Source: Octopus vulgaris
Lineage: Eukaryota
Direction: 5' to 3'
Assembly (NCBI GenBank): GCA_951406725.2
Contig: OX597835.1
Span: 50,034,001 to 50,098,000, forward strand
Length of the DNA: 64,000 nt
The translations under genes and the position numbers were made by a program. Below are positions 27,760-40,544 of this stretch, in pieces (position 1 is the stretch's first letter; every line of letters starts with the position of its first letter). The notes under the pieces are model-generated. The model searched no databases, had not been told where the DNA came from, and saw nothing but the letters and a program-made list of their open reading frames with translations.

Positions 27760-27965
27760 TGGGGTCCCAAATATTACAGTTCTATATTTAAGAGATGAGG
27801 AATTATGTACATTATTTACATTCAACGGATATTTGTCCTCAACTTGTTTGTTGTTAACACAATGTTTCAGCTGATATACCCTCCAGCCTTCTTCAGGTGT
27901 CTTGGGGAAATTTCAAACCTGGGTTCTCATTCCTAAGGTATGTTTCGATGTTGTTATTATTATTA
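27760..27965 (-). mobile_element. Penelope-like terminal repeat remnant with hammerhead-like core
   Basis: Minus strand 27896-27864 reads CTGAAGA-A-GGCTG gagggtatat CAGCT-GAAAC, next to (AAT)n. Confidence 0.5.
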
Positions 27966-29394
27966 TTATTGTTATTGTTCAGGTCACTGCTTGGAATCGA
28001 ACTCGGAATCTTGGGGTTAGTAGCCTGGACTCTTAACCACTACACCATATGCCTGTGGGCAATTATGGAGTGAATTTAGGGCTTATAAATCTAATATTTT
28101 TCTATCCTTCCTTAATACCAGTTCCTATATGCTGCTCATATCTGCACTCAGTCTGCTTAGGAGGTTGTTGTGCCCTAGCATATGTGCTGCTTCTTTTAGT
28201 TTTCGTATTTTCCAGTGGTGTTCTCTGTCTATTATTTTAACTTCATCCCACAGGGGGGAGGTGGTCTCCATTTTTCCATACATGATCATACAAATTGATA
28301 AATTGGGTACAGCTGATCAGATTGGAGCCTGGTGCTCCAATCTGATCTGGCAAAGTTTCTACAGCTGGATGCCCTTCCTAGTGCCAACCACTCCTAGAGT
28401 GTAGCGGGTGCTTTTTATGTGGCACTGGTATGGGGGCCAGTCATGCAGTACTGGCATCGACCACGCTTGAATGGTGCTCTTTATGTACCACCAACATGGG
28501 ACAAGTTAGCTGGCACTAGCCTCAACCATGCTCGAATGGTGCTTTTTATGTGCCACTGGCACGGGACCAGTCAGGCGGCACTGGCATCGATCATGCTTGA
28601 ATGGTGCTTTTTATGTGCCAGTCAGGCAGTACTGTCATCAGTCACAACAATGACTTCACTTGACTCAACAGGTCTTCGTAAGCGCAGTATTTTATATAAA
28701 ATGAATGCTTTGCAAGCAGATGTTACAGGTGAAGTGTTGACATGAAAATCACTGTAAAAATAACAAAGTGAGAGGGGTGTGGAGAGAAAGGGGTGTGGAG
28801 AGAAAGGGGTGTGGAGAGAAAGGGGTGTGTGTGCTGCAGGAGTAAACAAAAACAAAGTATAAACCAGTGTTTTTATGCAGACTAAAAACAGTACAAATAT
28901 TGGTAAATATAATTAAGTGTAATCACAATAGACACTAAATTAGGTCACAGGCTGACATCTGTGGATTTAAAATTCCTGTATGTCAGCTGTTATCACTCAC
29001 AATTCTAAATTAGTCACAAACACACACTCTCTCTCTCTCTCTCTCTCTCATAACCAATGTTTAGCACTTTATGTACGTGTGTTTGTGTGTATGCGTGTGT
29101 GTATATATATATGTGCATGTGTGTGTATATATTTATGAATGCATAGGTATATATATGTGTGTGTGCGTGTGTGTATGAGTGATTGGACAAACAAAAGGGC
29201 ACTCAACACATTTATTTAGAGTTCCATGTATAGTTGAAAACAGTTTCATTCAGACCAATTGCAGTCCTTCTACCGGTGGTCATCTTGAACTTCCTGCACC
29301 TCCCGGTTCATTCGAATTTCCACTGGCTTCAGGAGTGGTTCTGTTAGCGGTTGTGAAACTCAAAGTAGCCAGGAATCTGAATCAAACCGTCTTG

Positions 29395-29447
<53 letters not shown>

Positions 29448-30599
29448 AGGTAATGAGAGTAAATCTCAGCTGTTTCCTCTTGAAACACATCTGCTTATTC
29501 CATTATTACAATCCAATATGTAGTCTCAGTTGATGCTCTATGTTAGTCAAAATATATATTAAAATTGATGATTATGGAAATATTTTTTGCCGAGTTTTTT
29601 TATTAGCAAAACAGGGAAATGGAAATTATACTTTTTCTACTCTGTCTGAAAAATTTCTAATTGAAAATTCCTTACATGTCTATCTACATGTAAAGCTTTA
29701 TAATTCCTATTAGCAAATGAAAGATGTGTAATAGTGAATAATACCAAAAAATATTTTCACTCTCCTGTAATAATTTAACAAACGAATATGCATCTGAGTA
29801 AAATAAATTAAATAAATAGATTTCCAATTACATTGACAAATAGTTTGCCTATTGTAGCCGGCATTGTTGCATGTTGTAACTGATTTGTAAACATGTTCTA
29901 CAGCCTCCCCACCCCCACCCTCGGGGGCCCATTATAGATTTTTATTGAAATCCAATTCAACTGGATGTTAGGAACAAATAAATAACAAAATTGGATTTAA
30001 TGTGGAAAATTATTTAAATATATCAAATTTGAAAATTTTGACGTAATTTTAAAATCTCACAATATGTGACAGCAACAGGGAAGACCCTACAAAAGTAGAG
30101 AGTTATAGGATGTGACACACACACACACACAAAAGGCTTATGTATGTATGTATGTGTGTCTGAATATGAATGTTTCTTAGCAATAGACAGCAGAAAAGCC
30201 ACCTACACCCTCTCTCCTTAAAGTTAAGTATTCCTCACACCCACCTTTCTGTATGTGTATATGTTGTATCTATGTATTTATGAAAGCATGTATGTAGCAT
30301 TGCATGTATATGGCAGCTTTATTAATGTTACCATCCCATTCTCACCACTGTTCTTGCCTTCATTAATATAAGTCACCCTCTCTCTCTCTGATACTACCTC
30401 AGACTTATATTTTTTGCAACCTTCTCATTTTATCATATAATTCATCCAAGGCCCCTGGGGGAGCACATTATAGGTTTTTATTGAAATCCAATTAGCCTAT
30501 TATTGAACTTGATGTTAGTGTCACATGTATGCAAAGTTTCAGCGGTTTAGGCACTAAGTTGGTAACAGACAGACAGAAATTGCCATTTATATAAAGGTT

Positions 30600-30945
30600 T
30601 CAAGTTTCTTTACATGTCTGTAGTAGGGAATCCATGCTTCTTCTGCTCCATACAAGATTTGTAGACACTTATTTTAGTTTTCAGGCTGACATTACGTTCA
30701 TCCCACAAACGATGGGAAAGTTTTCCAAAAGCATTTGTAGTCTTAGATATTCTAACATTGACTTTGTCATCAACAGTATTGTTAAAGATATTTAGATGAC
30801 CCAACCCATTTGAGTGGCTTGTTGCCTATCATCATGTTTGAGTCTTGAGTATGTTCTGCCCCAAACCTTGGTTGAAATAAAACTTTGGTCTTCTTGAGGC
30901 TGATAATCAGTTCAAATACATAAACCTGTTGACCATTTCCTGAAT
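30600..30945 (-). mobile_element. RTE/BovB-like LINE fragment
   Basis: VDDKVNVRISKTTNAFGKLSHRLWDERNVSLKTKISVYK matches the RTE post-RT region. Confidence 0.7.
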
Positions 30946-33410
30946 TCCCTCAAATGTATGGGAAAGCGACTAGAAATTTTGGGGAAGGGGCTAAGTCAAT
31001 TAGATCAACCCCAGTGTTCAACTGGTACTTATTTTATCGACCCTGAAATGATAAAGTCGATCTTGGCAGAATTTGAAACCAGAAAGGAAAGAAGTATGAA
31101 CTGCTGTAAAGCATCTTGTTTAGTGCCAGTTCGCCACCAAAATAATAATAATAATCCTTTCTACTAAAGGCATAAGGCCTGAAACTTTGGGGTAGGGGGG
31201 GGGGGGGCTAGTCAATTACATCAATCCCAGTACATAACTGGTACTCATTTTATTGACTCTGAAAGGACGAAAGGTAAAGTCAACCTCGGTGGAATCTGGA
31301 TCCAGAATGTAAGGACAGACAAAATACCACTAAGGCCTGAAATTTAGGGGAAAGGTATAGAGTTGAATACATCAACTCCAGAGTACTCAACTGGTACTCA
31401 TTTTATCGATCCAGAAAGGACGAAAGGCAAAGTCGACCACGGTAGAATTTGAACTCAGAATGTAAAGTCGGGGAAAATGCGCTAAGCATTTTTTGTGGCA
31501 CGATTGTGCCAGCTTGCAACCTTAATGATAAGTTGCCAAAAAACTTTAATTAAAAAGCATCATCATCATCATAATAAACAAGTTGACATAAAAAAGCTAC
31601 CAACTTAAAAATAGACCTGAAAGCAAACATCTAACAAAGAAACCTGGAAAAAGATGAAGTGGGAATGAGTGTGTGTGAATGGCAGGTCTGCTGTGTAGAA
31701 GAGGGCTCTTGATGCAGCCGCAAGGCTAACAGTTTCTCAAGTGTTGTGTATATGTCCGACCTTGTATGCGTGTCTGTGAGTATACACACAAACACACACA
31801 CAACAGACGAGCTGCGTATTTCTGCGTAGATTTTGCTCTCTTTAAATAAATGACAAAAACCATAATGTAAACAAAATTTTCTTGTTTGAAGAGACAACTC
31901 TCACAGATTCTAATTCTAAACATTAACTCATAATCACTGAATACACACACACACACACACACTTATGCATACATCCACACTTGCATGTGGATCTATGGTT
32001 AAGAAGCATTACAACTACATGTTTCCAGTTTCAATATCACCCAGCCAAACCATGGTACAAGTGTCTGGTACCATAGCTTCAGATCAACCAAATTCTTTGA
32101 CTGGAGTTTGGTAGAAGAAAAGACATCAACATTTATGTCTGCCATTTTTTTCTTCCATGGTGGTATGGGTTGGGTAGGTCTAACAGCACCCTACTATTTC
32201 TGTAACTTCATCATCTTCCACATGTGGCAACAGAGAAAGCCACCAACTTCTGGTATAGTGTATGCTATGTTTTATATTAGCTCTTTGACTGGACTGGACT
32301 GCCCATGTTCAGTCCGCTGCAGGATGAAGGCCTCAGCATGTTCTCTCCACCAGTTATGGTCTGATGTGCAAACCGTGAATTTGAGCTTGAGATCATACTG
32401 GTTTGGTGAGTCTACTCTGCCACACTGGCATGGTATGGCTTGGTAGAGGGGTGCAATTTTGTTTTTGTACTCATACTCAGGAGTAGCCAAGTTGATTACA
32501 TTCACCTCAGGACTCAACTGGTACCCATTTTATCAACCCCCAAAAGGATAACAGGCAAAGTTGACCTCAGCAAAATTTGAACTTGTAAGTATAAGGAAAA
32601 ACAAAATGCCAATAAGCATTTTGCCTGGCATATGCTAATGATTCTGCTAATTAATATGCTAATGATTCTGCTAATTAATATGCCAATGATTCTGCTAGCT
32701 CATTATCTTATCTAGCTTGCTCTCGATCTATGTTTCTCATTCTCTCCTAAATATGAGCAGCCATTGCACCTCCCTTACAACAAGAACCTGCTCTGCCCCA
32801 CCTGCTGTTTTCATACTATAACCATCATATCTATTAGCATAAGGCTCCCCCCCCTCAGGTTTCACAAGCTGTATGATGATGCTAGTGGCATGAGAAAAGC
32901 ACCCAGTCCACACTCTGTAAAGTGGTTGGCATTAGGAAAGGCACCCGACCATAGAAATCATGCCAAAGCAGAAACAATTCAGCGCTTATTAGCTGTATTG
33001 GATCTGGCAGAATCATCCAGCCCAGGCCAGCATCGACCATGGACGTTAAATGATGAAGATGAGTATATGTATTATGTACACACACACACAAATTGATACA
33101 TGTATCTATTCGTCTATCCATCATAACCCACTCTACTTCTTGAGGTATTGAATACTCTTACAGTATCTCTAACAAAATGCAAAAATTATTCTATTTTTGT
33201 TCATGGGAACACCAGCTGACAGATATATAAAAAAAAAAAGGAAAGAGTATTCAATCCCTCAAGAAGTAATAGGTGTTAAGACAGAGAAATAGAAAGATCT
33301 TTGAATGCATGTTTGAATGTATATCGTATGGATCTCTCTCTCTTTCTCTCTCTCTCTCTCTGCATATCTCATTCATCATCATTTAGCATCTGTATTCCAT
33401 GTTGCATGGG

Positions 33411-33441
<31 letters not shown>

Positions 33442-34211
33442 TAAACACATACACACAAGCAGGCGACAAAGTAGACTTTCCATTAAAATATATTTGATGA
33501 CTCAGTTATTTTTTTCAATGGTAAAATAAAGATAAAAACAAAAACCCTCTCAGAGACATAACGAAGACTAACGACTGATGAGATGTTACATATATATATA
33601 TGTTACATTTTGTTTGTATTTTGTTTAGTAAATGCTGACTATATTGATCTGGTGCTACTTCTACCGATCTGGTCTGGTCTGAGAGATAAAGGAGGCCAAC
33701 ATGAGTGCTTAGCAACACAGACTCATCAGAAGATATGAAATCATTTCAAGTTTACTACAAGTGGACTCTGCAACAAGCGTAAAAAAAGAAAGATGCGTTG
33801 CAGATTCAAGGCAACGACTGTGGTAAAGAATTTCTGCAACAACTCGCTCACTACCCAAGTACAACAGACAATGAAAAAATAGAGAAACCATAACGATGGT
33901 GGTGGTGCTTACTCTCAAATGAGCTCTGAAGGAGCAGATATGTGATCAAAGACAATCAAGCCATGACCATCCCATTTTTATCTCAAGCAAAGCTTTTAGG
34001 ACTAGACTAGGTTATCTAATATGACTTTGTTATTTTTTTTTATTAGAAAAAAATTAAAAACTACACCAAGATTTGATTTGACAGTAGATGTAGCTGCTAT
34101 TTCGAGCAGGTTGAGTGCCTGTGTAAAGGAGTCCCTTTTTGAATCATGTTGCTGTTTAGCCCCAGGTCATTAACAAAAAAAAATTAAATTAAATATCACT
34201 TGTCTAATTAA

Positions 34212-36205
34212 GGGATCACCAGCGAGATGCTTAAAAGATCTGGCAGTGTAGGTTATGGTCTAGTGACCAGGTGATACGTGAACGAGTCATACCCAATGAA
34301 TGGTGTAGCAGCACCATAGTCAACTGCTACAAGGGTAAAGGTGACGCATTAGCTGCGAATAATTACAGAGGTATCATGTTGTTGGATCAGGTGATGAAAG
34401 TCATGGAGAGAGTCATAGCCCAACTGATTAGGGAGAGAGTCAGCTTGGATGAGTTGCAGTTTGGGTTTGTGCCAGGGAGAAGCACCACTGATGCTATATT
34501 CCTGGTAAGACTACTGCAGGAGAAATACCTAACCAAAGATAAACCTCTGTACTTGGATTTTGCTGACATGGAGAAAGCCTTTGACAGGGTCCCCTGATCC
34601 CTTATCTGGTGGTCAGTGTGGAAACTAGGAAAGATGAGTGATTGGTGAGATCTGTACAAGCTATGTACAGGGAGGCTGTCAGTAAGGTGAAGGTGGGCAA
34701 CATGTATAATGAAGAATTCTGGGTAGAAGTAGCTAGGGTACAAAGGTCAGTCCTCAGCCTCCTCTTGTTCATCAAAGCTCCACCCCACCAGGTGATGGCA
34801 GAGGAATTCAAGACAGGCTGCCTCTGGGAGCTCTTCTATGCTGATGACCTTGCTCTAATAGCTGCGTCACTACCAGAACAAGAGAAAAAGTTTCAGGGGT
34901 GAAAGCAAGGTCTAGTATCGAAGGGCCTTAGAGTTAACCTAGCAAAAACAAAAGCCTTAGTAAGTAGGAAGGGGGACATATCACAAATCCCTTCAGGTAG
35001 ATAGCCCTGCTTAATCTGTAGTAAAAGTGTAGGTAGAAACTCCATAAGATGTACCTGGTGTAAGCTATGGATACATAAGAGGTGCAGCAATATCAAAGGA
35101 AAGTAAACTGGGATGATAGTTTTTGTGTGTGGAAAACACCAAAAATGTGCAGAAAGCAGATTCCATTATATGCCAGGGGATAAAAGCTAGTAGTTGATAG
35201 CTTCTGTTACCTAGGTGACCAAGTCAGTAGAGGGAGTGGATGTTCTGAGAGCCTAGCTGCTAGAATAAGAATAGGCTGGGCAAAGTTCAAAGAGCTCCTA
35301 CTTCTGCAGGTAACAAAGGGCCTCTTGCTCAAAGTGAAAGACTGTATGATGCCTGTGTGTGAACAGCTATGCTACACAGCAGTGAAACATAGGCTGTGAC
35401 TGCCGAGGACAAGTATAGGCTTGTAAAAAATGAAGCTAGTATGCTCTGATGGATGTGTAATGTCAGTGTGCATGCACAACAGTGCTGGTGCACTGAGAGA
35501 AAAGTTGGACATAAAAAGTATCAGATGTGGTGTGCAAGAGAGACAACTGTGCTGGTATGGTCATGTGTTGCATATGGATGAGGACAGCTGTGTGAAGAAG
35601 TGTCACACCCAAACAGTGGAGGGAACCACCTGTGGAAGAGGTAGACCCAGAAAGACATGGGATGAGGTGGTGAAGCACGATCTTCAAATGTTGGGCTTTG
35701 CAGAGGCAATGATGAGTGACTGAGACCCTTGGAGATATGTTGTGCTTGAGAAGACCCAGCAAACCAAGTAAGATTGTAGTCATGGCTGATGCCAGTGCTG
35801 CATAACTGGCTCATTTAAAAGCACACTTCAATTGTTGGGTGATGTGCCATTTTTGTGAAGACCTATTGAACTGAGTGGAATCATAGTCGTGCCTCAGCGG
35901 CACGTAAAAAGCACCATTCAAGTGTGAATGATGCCAGTGTCACCTGACTGGCAACCATGCCAGTGGCATGTAAAATGTACCATTCAAGTGTGTCTGATGC
36001 TAGTGCCACCTGTGCTGGTGGCTTGTAAAAAGCACACACTGCACTCTCGGAGTGCTTGATGTTAAGAAGGGCATCCAGCTGTAGAAACCTTACCAGATCA
36101 GATTGGTGCCTGGTGCAGTGTCCCAGCTCGCCAGTTCTCAGTCAAACCGTCCAAACCATGCCAGTATGGAAAGCAGATGTTAAACAGCGATGATGATGAT
36201 GATGG
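34212..36205 (+). mobile_element. 5'-truncated RTE LINE with complete 3' UTR
   Basis: YKGKGDAL..NNYRGI, QFGFVPGRSTTDAIF, DMEKAFDRVP, YADDLALI, WYGHV and RGRPRKTW motifs with stops; repeat-bearing 3' UTR ending (GAT)n. Confidence 0.93.
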
Positions 36206-36207
36206 TG

Positions 36208-36253
<46 letters not shown>

Positions 36254-37789
36254 GGCTTTTTTTCTGTCTACCAGAAATCCCTCACAAGGCTTTGGTTGGT
36301 CTGAGTCAATACTAAAAGACACTCGTCTAAGGAACCACGTGGTTGGGAAGCAAGCTTCTTACCACACAACCACATCCATCAGAGGAATGGAAGGATGGAG
36401 TACATCGATCCCATGTCTAGAATGGTTCTGTTGCTGCTGCTGCTGCACACACACACACATGCTAAATTGCATCCAGAGAGAAGCCACTCAATTGAAGATA
36501 TAAAACCACTCAGACACATTCCAGCCTCTGACCAACAACTGAGCTGCCTCCTACCTCTGCCATTCCTTGCAGCTGACTGATGTCATACCAGCTCTATTCA
36601 GCCACTCCTAGGCATACTTGTCCCTCCTCCTCCTTCTCTCATCACCAATGTCACCCCCCCCCCCTTGTTCCAGCATTAACCACAACCAGTTCTTCTGCTC
36701 CAGAATGTCAGTCCTCTAGAGAACAGTGTTTAGCATTTCTTTCTTCAACTTCTGCCTCCTTACCCTTGCTATGATTCCACAAATTGAAATACACCACAAA
36801 ACACTGCTGCTGACCGGTTGGCCCCTCTTAACCCCAGATTACTCTGTCAAATGTAATGCTGGTTTATTCCCATTGTTTTGAATTGGTAAGAAGCTTGCTT
36901 CGAAACAACATGGTTCTGGGTTCAGTCCCACCACGTGACACTTTGAGCAAGTGTCTTCTACTATAGTCTTGTGAATGGATTTGGTAGACGAAAAATTGAA
37001 TAAGCCTGTGGTATGTGTGTGTGTGTGAGTTCATCTTTCAGTCAGTGTTTGTCCCCCACTGCTGCCTGGCAACTGGTGTCGATGTGTTTACATTCCCATA
37101 ACTTAACAGTTCGCTAAAAGGGAACAATAGATTAAGTACAAGGCCTAAAAAATAAGTCCTGGAGTTGATTAGTTCAACTAAAACCCTTCAAAATGGTGCC
37201 CCAGCATGGCTGCAGTCAAACAACTGATACGAGTAAAAGATATCTTGTAGCTTTGAGATTCCAACGATATGACTGTTTACTATTAAAATGAAATTAAAGG
37301 GTAGGGGTGAGAGGCTGGATCTAGCCAGTTTGAACAAAAAAACAGATGGAATATTTGGGTGGTCAGATATGGCCAGTTTAAATGTTTAAAAGGCTATTTG
37401 ACCATAAGTCATTTCATCAATATATTGACCGCCAAAACAACATTTTGACCACAAATATTTCCTGGTGATTCATGCATGGAATAAAAACTGAAAATATGTT
37501 TTGGAAAATTAGGCCCAAGTGTGACTGAGTGGTAAGAAGCTTGCTTTCCAGCCACATGGTTCCAGGTTCAGTCCCACTGCATGGCACTTTGGGCAAGTGG
37601 CTTCTACTATGGCCTTGGGCTGACCTTGTGAGTGAATTTGGTTGACGGAAAGTTTTAATCTAGATCACATTAAAACAGGAAGCTTGTATCAAAGAACCAG
37701 GGACAGGCTTGGGTGGGTTGGCATCAAAGGGCCAGAAGTGCTCTCTATGGGGTTATTCTAAATAACAGCCTAACTGGATAAATGTCTCT

Positions 37790-38165
37790 AATGTGTCCCT
37801 TAAGTCACAGAGAGATGCATTGGGTACGAGAGAGGATGGTCATGGATAGAATGTCTTTGATTATAGATCTGCTTGATGAGGACTGAACTTCTCCCCATCC
37901 CAGGCTACATAACAAATAACATGCGTAGGTGTTAACTGAAACGTAATAAAAAAGAAAGAGAGGAAGATATTGGAGGGAGAGAGGGAGAGTGGGAGAGAGA
38001 GAGAGAGAGAGAGCAAGCAGTTGTTCAAGAAGATGAAGCATGTGGTATCAGTGGTGCCAGACTCATTGATGATTGCTATCCAAGAGAAAATGAGGTTTTG
38101 TGAGGGAATAATTTCAATGAGATTGAAGATGAGTGAGAAGGCAATAAAGACTGAATAGATCCTTA
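37790..38165 (-). mobile_element. Decayed L2/CR1-group RT fragment
   Basis: TCFIFLNNCLL followed by degenerate PIP..G and ILSMT..R segments; interrupted by (GA)n. Confidence 0.45.
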
Positions 38166-38261
38166 CTCTCTCTCTCTCTCTCCCTCTCACACACTCATAT
38201 CCGCATCCTCACATTTACATACCTCCATGCATTCACATACATTTATATACTCACTTACATA

Positions 38262-38296
<35 letters not shown>

Positions 38297-38351
38297 CCTG
38301 TATATATTATTCCTTGTGAAATATCTGATAATAAAAAAGGTTTAAAGAAAC

Positions 38352-38609
38352 CTCGATCTCTGACATCAGATCAATAAACAGACTCAATTATTTCAGAGAT
38401 GTCTATGAGTGGGGAGTCAACCGTTTCCTGTTGACACCGGAGTAAAGAATGGAAGCTGTTACAGTTATGGCTTTGCCAAGGGCGTTTAACAGAGTCAGTG
38501 AAGTAGTTGGAACCAAGGTAGAACCTGGCTAATAACCGATTTTGCTGGCAGATTACCATTTACGTTTTAGTACTTGTCTTTGAGTGAGATGCTTATGGAG
38601 GTGAAGTGG
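38352..38609 (-). other. Putative cryptic exon D (stop-containing)
   Basis: Strong acceptor tgtctttgtttctttgcctctacag; unique sequence between repeats. Phase 0 reads PLHLHKHLTQRQVLKRKW*. 3' boundary uncertain. Confidence 0.38.
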
Positions 38610-40159
38610 CTGTAGAGGCAAAGAAACAAAGACACACACACAAAATACACACACGTGCACACACGACAAGATTCTTTCAGTTTCTGTCTACCAAATTCAT
38701 TCACAAGGTTTTGATCGGCTCAAGGCTGTAGTAGAAGACACCTGTCCAAGGTGGCACACAAGAACTGAACCCAAAACCATGTGGTTGGGAAGCAAGCTTC
38801 TTACCCACAGAGCCTGTCTTTGACCATCTTTTCTCAACAACTCTTTCTTCTTTCTAACCATATGGGAACCAGGCTAAAAACCATGAAACTAAATAAAATA
38901 AACTGATGCCAATGAATATGTAGTTATCAATGATGATAACCTTAAATATGCAATGCTATGCAATTGATGTCTCTCTGAAAAACTAATAAAAAAGAAATAT
39001 CAGTTGGCATCTTCATTGATCAATAAATGGTAAGCAGTATCATAACAGTTGGTTAACTCTGCAAAAACAGTAGATCTAATTCCATCTGACAGCTGAGTTA
39101 TACCAATATTTGATTTCAATTAGGTCGGCCGCTAGATTGAACTTCCAAAATGATAATAAAAAGCTGTATAAATCACTTCAACTTTCTACTTTCTCTGAGC
39201 AGAGCAACAATTTTGCTAACTTTGAAAACAGCTTTCATAAATATATATTTATAGTATGTTTAATTGACAAAATATGACCATCCGCATGTATAACAATATC
39301 TGTTTCAACACACGATTTCACATCAAGAAGCTTGCAAAACAAACACACACACACACACGTTCATTTAATACATACATTTCAGGTTTGCATAATACATTAT
39401 AGGAAATGCATCCGTTGTGTGTGTCTCTCTCTCCCTCCAACTGAGGTAGCCAGACTGCAAGACTCCTATTCCTAACCTTTCATCAACTGGTACAAAGCCA
39501 TCTCACTCAATACCATTCCGCCTCCCAGCTGAGTCAGGTTTTGTCTTGTAAATCATTTGATGATTTCTCTGTTGCTGTTGCCATGTAAAAAGCACCCAGT
39601 CCATGCTGTAAAGTGGTTGGTATTAGGAAGGGGACCCAGCCATAGAAAACCTGCCAAAACAGACACAGAGTTTGGCACAGTCTTCTGACTTACTGCCTCT
39701 TGTCAAAGCACCTAAACATGTCAGCATGGAATGAGGGCATTAAATGATGATAATGATGAAGAGGATGATGATGATGATGATATACATGTATGTTCATGTG
39801 TCAGTGTGTGCGTCTCTTTGTCTTGACATTAAACCATTGCCGTAAACGAAAGTCCCTGTCACACAAGTCCTGTCATTCATTTCCAACCATCCACAGAAAC
39901 AGGTTCTGTCACGGGGGGGGAGGGGGGGTATTACTTTACTCAGAAACAGGAGAGGTGTGGTGAGAGGAAAGGTTTTAGATAACAGAAGATTTGCTTCAAT
40001 GAACTCTGTCTGATGGAAAGGTGCACATTAAAATGAGAATGATAATTATTTTTTTTTAATCTTTTACTAGTTTCAGTCATTAGACTGCAGCCATGCTGGG
40101 GTTCTGCCTCCAAGAACTTTAGTTGAACAAATTGACACCAGTACATATTTTTTAAAGCC

Positions 40160-40228
<69 letters not shown>

Positions 40229-40349
40229 AGTTGTATACTGTCAACTTAATGTGACAGTCCCATAAAGGGAATCACTTCACCGCTATTTAGCCCTGTTGGC
40301 CTTGACACATTTCCTGTGTCCTTATGTTTACAAGGGGGAGATAAGCACC

Positions 40350-40436
40350 CCCACCCAGCTAAGCCTGCAACCAGAGACTAGTTTCTGAGTCTTGCTCATC
40401 ATCAGTCTGCTGTAGCATGGCCTGCTAGCTGCAGAT
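40350..40436 (-). ncRNA. Minimal type I hammerhead ribozyme motif
   Basis: Minus strand CAGA-CTGATGA-TGAG caaga CTCA-GAAA-C ta G-TC-TCTG: complete core, 4-bp stem II, palindromic ACTAGT stem III, GUC triplet, stem I CAGA/TCTG extended by CAGCTA/TAGCTG. Confidence 0.75.
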
Positions 40437-40544
40437 GCTTGTCTACACCTTGTAAACATATATAATAATTCCAGTGAAATAAATCCACTGATCCCGAAAA
40501 ATAGAAATATTACATTTCTAAATATCTCAGAGAGATATATAACA

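Noticed and set aside
27975-28050. tRNA-like sequence here and at SINE heads
   Set aside because: A/B boxes present but no complete cloverleaf; treated as SINE-derived.
38371-38559. 62-aa ORF MVICQQNRLL as a standalone gene
   Set aside because: No recognisable homology; kept only as part of candidate exon D.
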